This document shows, piece by piece, positions 48,030-64,000 of a stretch of 64,000 nt of DNA (position 1 is the first letter of the stretch; each line of letters begins with the position of its first letter). The position numbers and the translations under genes are program-made. The notes beneath the pieces were generated by a model, which made no database searches, was not told the DNA's origin, and worked only from the letters and a program-made list of their open reading frames with translations. The DNA lies in NCBI RefSeq assembly GCF_009914755.1, contig NC_060946.1; one strand, written 5' to 3'. Origin of the DNA: the human T2T-CHM13v2.0 reference genome, Homo sapiens.

Positions 48030-49030
48030 TCTGCACACTTTTCCTGTGCTCCTTTTATCCATTCCCACACTTCCAGCATTTCCTTTGACGTTTGATTTTC
48101 TTTATTTTTTTTTTACTCCAATATTTTCCTGTAGGTTTCAGACCTATATTTTAAAATGTCAACTGATTCTCCCCCTCTGTCTTCACCACCTGCATCTCAA
48201 ATTTGACATAGCCATAAACACATTTTATATTTTGGCAAATAAATCTATTTCTTTTAAAGCATTGCCCATCTCAGCTAATGATGATAATATCAAGCCAGTC
48301 GCCAAGAAAATTTAGAGTATATATACCTTGTCTCTTCCTTCTAAATGAATTATTAAGTTCAGATGTTTCTACCTTGAATTACCTTTCTATTCCGCCATTT
48401 CTCTTCTGTATTGCTGCTAATGTTTTAATTTAGTCATTCATCACATCATGCCTGTACTGCTGGAATAATCTTGACTATTCTTTCTGACTTTTTCTTCTAA
48501 CTGCATCTCAAAAACTTCTATCTAGAATGAAAATAAGTATATATATATACTATATATACATACATATATACACACACACTATATGTATGTGTATAGTATA
48601 AGTATAGACATGCTATATACTATATATATATGCTATATATTTATATACACACACACCCACCATGCTTTTAAAAATTGTTTACTTATGTCCCATCATTGAA
48701 GGATAAAATACAAAATCACTGATATTGAGAGACATTCTCCTCAATCATTTAACATTTTCCTTCACAAACCTGTGCTGTAGCCACACCCAGAACAGGTTAT
48801 GTTCCTTCAAAGACACACACACTTTTCTATTACTCTCCTTTTACTCCTTCTATTCCATCTGCTTAGACCATTTTTTACTTGTTTTCTGTCTATCTTCATT
48901 CATTTTTCAGGATCCAATTTAAATATTGATACAAAGGTTGAGATCTTTATATCTTCTCTTATTTAAATTCCTGGAGCACCAGATAACTTCCTCTATTATA
49001 ATTCTTACTGTATACAACCATAACTCTCAT
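48030..49030 (+). mobile_element. L2 LINE 3' region, split by a microsatellite
   Basis: ttcagacctatatt..aaatgtc...gcatctcaaatttgacatagcc...cccatctcagctaatg...ggataaaatacaaa is colinear with the L2 3' end. Confidence 0.65.
48536..48660. repeat. Imperfect (TA)n/(CA)n microsatellite
   Basis: tatatatatatactatatatacatacatatatacacacac... Confidence 0.85.
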
Positions 49031-50700
49031 TTGAAAACAATAAATACATAATTATAAAATCAGATATATCATAAAATGATTGGTATCAATATGTGAAAAA
49101 AACTTCAATGTTGAAAGTACAAGATTACAAGCCATCTGAAAGTAACTAAACATCAATCAGAGAAAAATGCTCATCATTTTTTGATGAAACCAAAAGTAAG
49201 AGAATTTGGTATTAATCTACTACATCATTGGTAAATTACATATTAATTATTGTGAGAAAGAAATAATTGATGGAATTTAAAGAAAATCGGTTTTCCTTTA
49301 TTTTTATTATTCTACCTTAAAGTATTACATTTAATTAAAATAATGATTTTAAAATTATCCCATCAAGTATGTCATCACACTAAAATCCATTGTATTTAAT
49401 TTCTCAACTGAGAAATTGTATTCAATTGTATTCAATTTCTCTACTAAAAAATTAATATGAAAGCAATCACATAGCATTCAGAAATTAATAAATATTTAAA
49501 GAAATTAAACAGCATTACATTTTCTTGTTGTAAAATTTTTTTCTTCTCTCAGTATGGCTTATGTCTCATTGCTTCTATTGAACATAGCACAATTCAAGTA
49601 TTAATACAACGCCTTTATAAAAGTTGTGAATCTCAGAAATGAACAAGCTTACCTCCCTAGTTATTTATTAAAAGTTACAAGCCACTTTTTTTAACTTCCT
49701 AATAATCTTAGAGGGGTATATTTTGTGTTTTTGTTTGCTATATCTTTTATAAAGAAGATCCCTAATGATTTGAAAGTTAGAACCAATTTTCTGAAGGATT
49801 GAGCTACACTCCTTGAACTTGTGTGTTTGTGGGTGGCACACTATGTCTTTTGCAGACCCGGTACCTACCCCTTGGTCTAGAACATATTTTCCTCCACCTG
49901 CCTTTTAAGTTTTTATTTCAGCAGGGGTGGGTGGTTTGTGGTTGACTGAAAATAGAACAGGCTACAAAAGCCCTTCCTGTTTGATATTGAATCTGCTATG
50001 TGAGTCACCCTTACATTATGAACTGTTAATTAACACATTTGGTAAGAGAATATCCTGATCTGCTTTGCATGTGAGGCTCTCCCAGTAATAAACAAAGAAG
50101 CATAATTAAACAAGATTTTAATTTCTCTATGCCCTGTCAGAAATTCAGATACAATTCAAGTCATCTTGGAAATTTTAAGTTGCATTCCCATGTCGTCTCT
50201 GTTCTGGCCATTGTGCAATGGGCCTTCAAATGTTGTAGTAGAAGCCAACTGATATTCCATTGTTATTCATTTATACATAGGTATATATAGGGGGTGTGTA
50301 TGCAAAAATATATATAAATATTCATATATGTGTACATGTGTACATACATACATATGGAGGTAATACAAGTTTGCATTGTTTTTAAAATTTTTTACCCAAA
50401 TTAACAATGACTCTATTGTATATCTTTATTGGTTATATCACATTTATATAAATAAATTTATATCAGTGAGAATTTTCAAGTAAGTGAAATTTGAATTGGA
50501 TTCAGGGTTTTATTTTTTTGAAATTTCCGATTAAAATTACTTGATTTTTTAAATTTTATCTTAAAATATTCAAGTCCCATTTGTAAAAAAAAAAAATAGA
50601 GGATAAAAATGAAGTGTGTTATGAGTCACAAATTTTTATTTTACTTTAATAATTGTTAAAATAAAATTTTTTCCATGAGGCATTTTATAATGCCCTCTTT

Positions 50701-53231
<2,531 letters not shown>

Positions 53232-53330
53232 TTAAAGGCTCAAAATCTCAAATGCAGAAAGAATGACTTTTAAATATCCTACATATTTAAACCATTTATT
53301 TTTTACAGCAATCCCATATATGCAAAACTG

Positions 53331-53573
<243 letters not shown>

Positions 53574-53671
53574 TTACTTATTTTACACTTGCTCTTCTGT
53601 GTTTAGTTTCGAAATTATCATCTTCATGCAAAGTATTTAGCACTGTGCCTGGCAGATAGAAAAAGTTAGCT

Positions 53672-53672
53672 T

Positions 53673-53711
<39 letters not shown>

Positions 53712-54001
53712 TTTGAGACAGAGTCTTGCTGTGTCTCCAGGCTGCAGTGCAGTGGTGCAACCTTGGCTCATTGCAACCTCTGCCTCCCGAGTTCAAGCAA
53801 TTCTCTTGTCAGCCTCCTGAGTAGCTAGGATTACAGGCATGCACCACCACGCCAAGCTAATTTTTTTTTAATTTTATTTTTTAAGTAGAGATGGGGTTTC
53901 ACCATGTTGGCCAAAATGGTCTATGTCTCTTGACCTTCTGATCTGCCCACCTCGGCCTCCCAAGTTGCTGGGATTACAGGTGTGAGCCACTGCACCCAGC
54001 T
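53672..54001 (-). mobile_element. AluSc-like with (TTTA)n tail
   Basis: Antisense Alu; atggtctatgtctcttgacc diagnostic region. Confidence 0.88.
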
Positions 54002-54153
54002 GCTAGCTATTATTTCTAATCCTTTGCCATGCTCAGATATAATCTTCCCAAATCCAGAAGTAATTTTATAACTTCAGCTAATTGCAGTGATAAATTATTG
54101 AAATATTTTCCTAAAGAAAATACACAAATGAAACCTTAAAAATACAAGGACTG

Positions 54154-54449
54154 GGCTGGGCACAGTGGCTCGTGCCTGTAATTCCAGTACTTTGGGAGGC
54201 CGAGCTGTGTGGATCACCTGAGGTCAGGATTTCGAGACAAGCCTAGCCAACATGGCGAACCGTCGTCTCTACTAAAAATACAAAAATTAGTTGTGCATGG
54301 TGGTGGGCCCCTGTAATCCCAGCTACTCGGGAGGCTGAGGCAGGAAAATCACTTGAACCTGGAGGTGGAAGTTGAAGTGAGTCTAGATCTCACTGCTGGA
54401 CTGCAGCCTGGGGCAATAGAGCAAAAACTGTCTAAAAAAAAAAAAAAAA
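54154..54449 (+). mobile_element. AluS (Sx/Sq-like)
   Basis: ggctgggcacagtggctc...ggatcacctgaggtcagg...poly(A). Confidence 0.9.
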
Positions 54450-54737
54450 GACTGGGCGCGGTGGCTCATGCCTGTGATCCCAGCACTTTGGGAGGCCAAG
54501 ACGGGCAGATCACGAAGTCAGGAGATGGAGACCATCCTGGCTAACACAGTGAAACCCCGTCTCTACTGAAGATGCAAAAAATTAGCGGGGCATGGTGGTG
54601 GATGCCTGTAGTCCCAGCTACTCAGGAAGCTGAGGCAGGAGAATGGTGTGAACCCGGGAGGCAGAGCTTGCAGTGAGCTGAGATAGCGCCACTTCACTCC
54701 AGCCTGGGCAACAGAGGGAGACTCTGTCTCAAAAAAA

Positions 54738-54793
<56 letters not shown>
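54450..54793 (+). mobile_element. AluY directly following the preceding Alu's poly(A); (GAAA)n tail
   Basis: gagaccatcctggctaacac, gaatggtgtgaaccc and gagcttgcagtg are AluY diagnostics. Confidence 0.9.
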
Positions 54794-54796
<3 letters not shown>

Positions 54797-55784
54797 TAGT
54801 AAATTATGAAAGAGAAAAAGAGAGAATAAGTATCTTCAACAAGAAAAATGAAAATAATAAAAACTATACAATTGCAAAACAATAACTGTTGTTAAAATAT
54901 TTTACATGTCATATTGTAAATAAGACACCCTTAGTGTATGCAGAAATGATTACATTAGTATAGGAAACTGCTGTGATTGTAGATATATAAACTAGAGAAA
55001 TGCAAATCAGAAACAAGTTTATCAACTAGAAGAGAGAAGAAATTTTTATTTGAGTAAATCTACTGTCTATAATTTAAAAATACACAATGGTATTTCTTTC
55101 ATTAAATAGCTTTATTTAAATATAAAAATAAAAGCTTATACATAGGCCAGAAGAAATATTGCTGGTTTATAATAAGGTTCATAGGAACTAAAACAGGGTA
55201 ATTATATAAGACGGTGTGTAAATAATTATGTTATTTTAGTAAAAATATCCAACACTGTACCTTTCAAATAAAAATATACCTTTTTAAAGGTCAACAAAAG
55301 TTATTGTGCTTCAAATTTTAACATTTATCCTCCAAGTGAAATTACTAAAAGAAGAAACAACTAACCTATAAATAAATAATCTACTTTTTGGAAAAGTTAA
55401 CAAACCTCTCTACACACAATATAATTAAGAAAGATAATAAGAAACATATATAATTTCAAGATTTTCAATTTTTTTTTACTAAGCCAGAGAAGATAAATGA
55501 GTTAATCATTCATGTCAGTAAGTAAATACAGGATCAAAAAACATACCTAATGGAAGGAAATTAATAACAGAAAAGTAAAAATTATAATCTAGAAAATGAA
55601 ATATATAAATCGATTCATAAATGGATAAGACTTTTAAGACTTTTTTTGAAGAAATCATTTCAAACTAGAATAAGCAAGAGGAATAGATCAAAACAAAAAG
55701 GAAAACAGTGAAGGTGATATACACATCCTCTTACTGAAAATTAATTTTAAAGAACTGCTTTGTAAACACTAAAACTCAGAGTCA

Positions 55785-56220
55785 TCAATGTGTCTGGATA
55801 TGGATTCATTTTTATTTCTTCTGCTCAGCACTTGTTTTATACTTTAAATTAGAGTCCTCAAGTCTTTCCTCTGCAATGGAAATTTTATGGCATCGTGTAA
55901 AGTATACAAATAGTGAAGGCATTGCCAGTGTTTTCTTGTGTATAAGTATTCTCTACCATTAGAATGGAAACGTCATCAAAGTGGGCCCTTAGTGAGAATG
56001 TGCTGAGTGGATGAATACTGTCCTTAAATATGGCTTCTCCATTCTCTTTGGACTCCTTTTGAAACTCCTATCATACATGTGTTGGGGACTTTCTTGACTG
56101 GTCTTTCTGACTTTTAAATCCTTTTATCTGGATAAATTCATCATTATCTCCCAATTGACTAATTCTTTGTGTTTATTGCATTTACACTTCTTTTTTATAT
56201 AATTTTCATTTCTAGTGCTT
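55785..56220 (-). mobile_element. Ancient L1M/HAL1-like ORF1-region fragment
   Basis: atgtgtctggatatggattcatttttatttcttctgct...ggaaatttt...aaatatggcttctccattctc...aactcctatcatacatgtgtt. Confidence 0.5.
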
Positions 56221-56543
56221 TTATTTTTTTTTTCCTTTTTTGAGATGGAGTCTTGCTCTGTCACCCAGGCTGAAGTGCAGTGGCATGATCTCGGTTCACT
56301 GCAACCTCCTACTCCTGGGTTCAAGTGACTCTCTTCCTGCCTCAGCCTCCTCTCCTGCTTCAGCCTCCTGAGTGGCTGGAATTACAGGCATGTGCCACCA
56401 CACTCGGCTAATTTTTGAATTTTTAGTAGAGACGGGGTTTCATTATGTTGGTCAGCCTGGTCTAGAACTCCTGATATCATGATCCACCCGCCTCAGCCTA
56501 CCAAAGTGCTGGGATTACAGGTGTGAGCCACCACGCCTGGCTG
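56221..56543 (-). mobile_element. AluS with a short internal duplication
   Basis: Antisense Alu; tcctgc(c/t)tcagcctcc occurs twice (56335-56350, 56353-56368). Confidence 0.9.
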
Positions 56544-56589
56544 CTTTTAATTTTTTATATCAATCTTTACTTTGTTCTTTTTTGCCTGC

Positions 56590-57183
<594 letters not shown>

Positions 57184-57229
57184 GTCTGTTTTTAGTTTTA
57201 AGTCTTCTATTCTTTTTGATGAATTTTAT

Positions 57230-57526
57230 TCCTTTTTTTTTTTTTTGGCAGAGGCTCACTCTGTTTCCCAGGTTGGAGTACAGTGATGCCATCTTGGCTC
57301 ACTACAAAGTCCGCCTCCTGGGGTCAAGCAATTATTCTGCCTCAGCTTCTTGAGTAACTAGGATTACATGCACCCACCACCGTGCCCTGCTAATTTTTGA
57401 ATTTTTAGTAGAGATGGGGTTTCACGGTGTTTGCCAGGCTGGTCTTGAACTCCCGACCTCATATGATTTACCCATCTCAGCCTCCCAAGGTGCTGGGATT
57501 ACAGGCGTCAGCCACCATGCCTGGCC
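57230..57526 (-). mobile_element. AluS
   Basis: Antisense Alu dimer with poly(T). Confidence 0.88.
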
Positions 57527-58289
57527 CTGGATGTTTTCTTCTTAAAAAGCCAGTTGAGAATTCTAAGTGTACTCACTTAAAAGGAAAACTTAGTTTGCTA
57601 TAATATTTCTCATATTTGTTGTGGTGAATTCATCTCTAGGAGGTTTCTTTGTATAATTATTTCATTATCTCTCTAATAGTTAATTCTCCACATGTTTTGT
57701 AATATTTTTGCACACTCACCTTGAATGAGAAGTTCTCTACAGGTTATAGTCATATAACAAACAGAATTCACCCTCCTTCACCACTAATCACACTTCTGTA
57801 TATTCAATAAAATGTGCATTTCTTCATGGATACTCTTTGAATCATCTAAATGGAGACTCTTTATAGAAGTATTGAATCATTAATTCTTCCAACTACTGTA
57901 CTCCTTTCCAACATACTGTCTTACTGATTTTTCACTTTTTCCTATTTATATCCATTTTGTTCTACTAACCCGTCTGTCATTGGCCTTCTTCTATAGCCAA
58001 CCTCAAATTTCAGTTCACACTAGCTGTGAACAGCACTCAAATTGCTGCTGTATTCTTAAAATATAAATTTACTTCATAAAGCAAAAGTGAATTATATGCA
58101 TGTTACAAAAAATATTCCTAGCAGAGATAAGATGGGATGGTATTTGCTGGGATGTGCAGCATCGTTTTTTCCAAATTAATTTCTCTCAGAATTCTCTCCT
58201 CCCTACTGCCAGGCAGAGCTCACCACTCACATGTCATGAATGACATTTTTAGTCATTTTTCGTCTTATCTGATCATATGACTTGAATTA

Positions 58290-58736
58290 ATGTTTAGATC
58301 TGCTAAGGGCAAACACCACCATGGAATTAAATTGGCAAGAGGGAAGAAGGAGGAAGCAGGAGAAGGTGGGTAGAGTCTTCAGACTAGGGTGCAGATCTTA
58401 CACCTGTAGAGGGAAAGAGGGAAGGAAGGCTGATTGGAGTAGAAAGAGACTGCAGCATGGTTCCAAGAATGCTTTGGCCTAGGTCACTGCGGACTCCTTA
58501 AATTAAAGTTACTCATTGGAGACTCTCACAACTCACTAGAAACGTCCTCACATACAATCCCCATGTAGCTCTATGACCGTTGGAAACATGACTGCTGCAC
58601 AAGTGTAGAAGTGCTTCCAGAGACAGAGGGCTAAAGCCAGGCTGTCGCTGACTTATGCTGTCTGATTCAGGATATCTGCATTGCAAATTTCCTTGGTCAT
58701 TAAAATCCATTACCCCCACCTCCTAACCCCACCACA
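58290..58736 (-). mobile_element. LTR16A-like ERVL LTR (3' LTR)
   Basis: gagtcttcagactagggtgcagatcttacacctgtagagggaaagagggaaggaagg...gactgcagc matches antisense LTR16 as I recall it. Confidence 0.7.
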
Positions 58737-58974
58737 GCACACACATATTTGTCCAAACAGGTTCTTCATACCAGCTCTTCCAAAATTCCCATGATCCTCT
58801 CTTTTCCAAGGGGAATCTTAGAAAAGAAAGGTTAATGAGACCAACTATTGCCCATGCTATAGCAGTTGGTCTCAGAACTTCCTTTGAATGCCCAGTTGTT
58901 TGAGGGGGAGAGAAAGAGAGAGAGAGAGTATGGGAATGGGGAGTGTGTGTGTGTGTGTGAGTGTGTGTGTGTGA

Positions 58975-59008
<34 letters not shown>

Positions 59009-60865
59009 AATTATCTCTGCTTCTTTTGTAGAAAAGTAGCCCTGCCTCCTCCTACTAATCAGGGTGTATTCATCCTGCCCCAGTGGTGACGTATTTCTTG
59101 TCTTTTGGTTACTGGACCTAAGGAATCTAAAGCACCTAACAGATAACATTCTTTAGAGAGCAGGACTTGCCTGCCTTCCAGAGCCCAGAGCTGCAGTGAT
59201 GAGAAGCACAGGAAAACCTGAGAAGATTATTGGGAGCATTTGTAATTAGGGACATTCCTGTTTCTACCTCTTGTTTTCTGAACCTGTAGATTCTTCCTAT
59301 GGAAGAACAACTACTATATAAAGATCTGTGATAGAATATGTATAAAAGATGGTGCCCCCTGCATTCAGAATGTCTCCTTTAGCATAGTGCCTCAGTTGCA
59401 TCTTTAGAATGTTTCTCCAGGGCTCCATGAGTCTAGCTGCTTCTTGAAGAGTGTATGTAATACAAATAGTAGATCACATGGTCATGGACCCACTTCTGCC
59501 CATCCTTTGCTGTGAACAAGGAAACCTGGTCAAATGCTATACCATGTGGGATTTTATGCCTGTGGATCAGGAATTCTGGAAGCCTCAGAAAAGTGGTCCT
59601 GGCTCAGGCTCTGTGAACAGAAGTGCCAAACCCAGCCCTGGAATAAGGATATATCCCTCTGAGGATGAAAAGTTGGTCATTCAAGGTCAAAAGACTTGCC
59701 ATATAAGAGTCTCATTATTGATTTATGCTGTTGAAAAGTAGGACAGTCAGAGGCAGCAGTAGTTAGATAAACCTTGATACATAGAAGTCCAGGCTGTGGG
59801 GCCCATATGTATCGTCCATCTCTGCTAACATGGTCATATGAGTGACTGCATATGTGTGACTGTTGTGCTTGTTGTGGGAAAGCCAATCTCCAAGGCTGGC
59901 AGCTTGTCAAGTCATTTTGTCTGATTGGTTATTGAGTGCCTCTTCTCTGGTGAGTGCTTTCTTGTGAGTGTTAACATGCAATACAAGATTCTTTACACTC
60001 CATGCCTGCTCCTGCATGTCCACTCATATGCTTCTAACCCAGCTTCCTTGTCTCAGATATTTCAGTTCTTTTCTATCTAAGCCTCTGACAAGATGATTCA
60101 CCCACTGACTACGGCAAAGAAATCTGTTTATATTCCTGCCTTAGGCCATGCTTCTTCTATGTAAAATAGATGGCCAGGGCCACTGCTCCCAGTGCTGCTA
60201 ATAGGGAATATTTTAATTTCCTTCTGTCTTTCAGAGTCATTCTTGCATTGGGCTGCAATGCAACTACACCTTTAAACAGAGATTGCCCCTTTCTCCCTCC
60301 TTCAGATGGCCACAGGGACACAAATGCAGTCACAGGTGTGAGCTGAAGGAAGGTTGCTGGTGGAAACATGGTGGGTGACATGAGGATCTGGGTTACCTGC
60401 TATTCAACTTATCCACTTGCTCTCATCTTGCTTGGCCTTTGTCTTATATTTACTATTTCCACCTCATGATGAACTACTTCTTTTCCCTTCTGGTGTCATG
60501 ACTCGGTGGTTTCAATAGAACTCAGCCTGCAAGAGGTAGCACCAGAAGCATGGTAACTTATCAAGCACAGCATCTCTCCTAGGTCCAACATATAATTCTC
60601 TGCTATGGAGGGCATGGCTTTGTTTCAGAATCCCAGGAGCTGGTGTTGTAATTCTTTCACTGAGAATTGCCATGTGTGCCACACTGCGACCACCACTGAC
60701 ATCTGCAAGAATACAGGTCCTGCAAGGTCATATGACCCAAGCTGCAGGGCTGTTCACAATGGAGCCTGGACATGCTGTGGAGCCCTGTCCTGCCCTGTAC
60801 TCTTCAAACCCTGTGGTCTTCCTAGCTCCCTGACTTGTCTTGTGGCTTACTTGTGTTATGTTGCT
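58737..60865 (-). mobile_element. ERVL internal remnant (ERV3-16A3-like): RT connection, RNase H, integrase
   Basis: Minus-strand translations: QHVQA..TALQLGSYD (QQVQAAVQAALPLGPYD), VALQPNARMTLKD (AALQP.SG..LKD), HSYDHVSRDGRYIW...TAASDCPTFQQ (IN HHCC), IPHGIAFDQ (IN core IPHSIASDQ). Confidence 0.78.
58905..59008. repeat. Compound (GA)n-(GT)n-(GA)n microsatellite
   Basis: Direct reading of the sequence. Confidence 0.9.
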
Positions 60866-60939
60866 TAGGGTTTCTTGAGTTTTATGAGTTTGTATTTTTA
60901 TAACTGTATAGATATAGATGGATAGATATAGATATGGTC

Positions 60940-62075
<1,136 letters not shown>

Positions 62076-62884
62076 ATTTATTAGATTCTAAAACATTAAT
62101 TTGCTTCCATCCATTATATTTATTCACAAATCCTACAATAGTATGTTTTGGAAGACCTGTAATAGACACAGTAACTGGCATATTCATAAAGGAAATTTCC
62201 TTATGTAGGATAGTTTTTAGGGGAAATGCCTGAAACAAAAAAATCTGCATCTGCTTATCATAATCCACTGCATAAAAGATCTAAATGTGTAACTGGCAAT
62301 CAACTTAGCTTTGATTATCTTTCATAGCAGCATGGATCAATTATGTTTACCCAGTTGGCTATTTCTCCATGCTAAACTCATATTGCATACATGCCTCTGA
62401 AATTCCAGTCATGTATAGTCTATAATGTAAACCTATATTACACAATTTGTATACTTTTCCACTTTAAAGGGGGGATTTATACCTGCAAAGGGACTTGACC
62501 TACAACTATCATCCAATTCTGTTCCAAATTTTGGATACTATGACTCTATCCTGGAAATGATTCAGTAGTTTTGTTTCATTTGACTCTTCCTACAGACATA
62601 ATGTGTTGAAGTAAACCTGTTTTTTATGTTTGGAAAGTAGCCTTTTGATGGGTGTTTTCTAGCTTTTGGAAAACATGTACTCGAAGCAGAAGTAACTAGT
62701 TGTTGAGGGAATAGAACCACAGCATTTCTGACCTAGGCAAATTGAAACCTTGTCATCCTTGATGACAAACATAACATGACACATGATTGCCTTTTTCAGG
62801 GAGTTCTTATGTAAAATATTTTATCCCCAACTAGTTGGTATCATTCAAATCAAATTTTATAATTTTACTCTGTATTAGGATGCA

Positions 62885-63030
62885 GTTTTATAATTTCCAA
62901 AGCATCTTTACGCATATTTTTTCTCAAATAAATCCTACAGCAACTGTGTGAGATACTCAAAGGTGAGAATATTATCCCCATTTTACAACTGAGCAAGCAG
63001 ACTTCAAGATTTGTTAACTTTTTAGAGCTG
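62885..63030 (-). mobile_element. MIR fragment
   Basis: aatcctacagcaactgtgtgag...tattatccccattttacaactgag. Confidence 0.6.
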
Positions 63031-64000
63031 AAGTTTAGTCCACTATTTTATGTTATCAACCTTTGATTTGCTGTGCTATACCCACCAATTTAGAAAAGAA
63101 TTTACCCAAGATTGTAACATATAATACAATTAATTTATTTGTTTTTCTCTCCCCTTGAAAACAGAAACAGTGGTGATTATGGAGTATCCACTGATTATTT
63201 TGCTGGGACAAGTTGATGTCACTAAATTTATAAATTGAACTGAACTGATAACCTCAGTTATTTTACCAAAATTCCTTCTTTTAATATTATATAAACTGTA
63301 GAATGCAGAAGAGGTACTTTTAATTTCTAATTATTTAAGTAGAGGAAGACTTAACACTTCCTTTTAGGCTCACACATAAAATTTCTGGTTGATACATCAC
63401 CAGCGATTGTGTTTCAGCATGTATGTAAATGCAGCTTTCTGAATAGGCAAACTTATAGGAAATATGGAATATCATTGTATTTACATACAGCAGTATCTCA
63501 GACATCATTCCAAAAACTAAAGGACAATGAGGAAATATTTCCAAAAGCCATATTACAGTGCTTTGGGGGAGGTAAAAGAGAATGCTGCAATATGTTTTCC
63601 TGTTTGACTGACTCAAGCTACATTCTAGGAGATATTTTAAAAAGTTAATAAAATCTCTGTGTCATAGTCAAAAGATGTAAGGCAAACCACAATTATCCAA
63701 GGAAATCTGAAATGAATATTACTAAATACAACCTTCTGGATTTGGTTTTACTTACCTAGTATGTTGACTATGTCTGCTTATGGTTTTCTTACTTATGCCT
63801 ACCTACACCATCTTTTAATTAAATGTGCTGATAAAATTTCATCTAAGTGCAGAATTTCCTTTGCTTGACACAAACACTTTGTTCTACTGTGAATCAACTG
63901 CTGGAGCTTTCTATTGTATGGATGTCTACAAAGGGATGTGCTGTAACTCAAGTATAAGTAGATGGTTCTTTCCTTGTTGTAAATCAAATTGGTATAACCT

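Noticed and set aside
54800-55780. A-rich stretch possibly from an ancient L1 ORF2 5' region
   Set aside because: Similarity is too weak to call by eye; needs RepeatMasker.

Overview
Human pericentromeric DNA at a satellite-to-arm transition; the full-length L1 carries human-specific L1HS-Ta diagnostics. Positions 1-38171 are divergent, non-HOR 171-bp alpha satellite in one orientation. It forms at least six blocks: CENP-B-box-containing (SF5/R1R2-like), A-type with a relic 10-mer period, A-type dimeric, CENP-B-box-containing again, dimeric again, and old monomeric. A 5'-inverted L1PA2/3-type insertion interrupts the last block. At ~38170 the array stops mid-monomer and joins two 48-bp CER-like units, then an ERVL pol remnant cut inside RT, which looks like a rearrangement or duplicon breakpoint. 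Positions 38.3-64 kb are a mosaic of interspersed repeats: MLT1, MER5, MIR, L2, 11 Alus, a full-length but dead L1HS Ta-0 with intact ORF0, a 5'-truncated L1PA2/3 with a ~10-bp 3' transduction tag, LTR16/ERVL and old L1M. I cannot support any host protein-coding or RNA gene, and I see no new enzymatic or defence system. The interesting signal is structural and evolutionary. Repeat subfamily names come from my recollection of consensus sequences, not from a search, and block boundaries are approximate (+/-150 bp).
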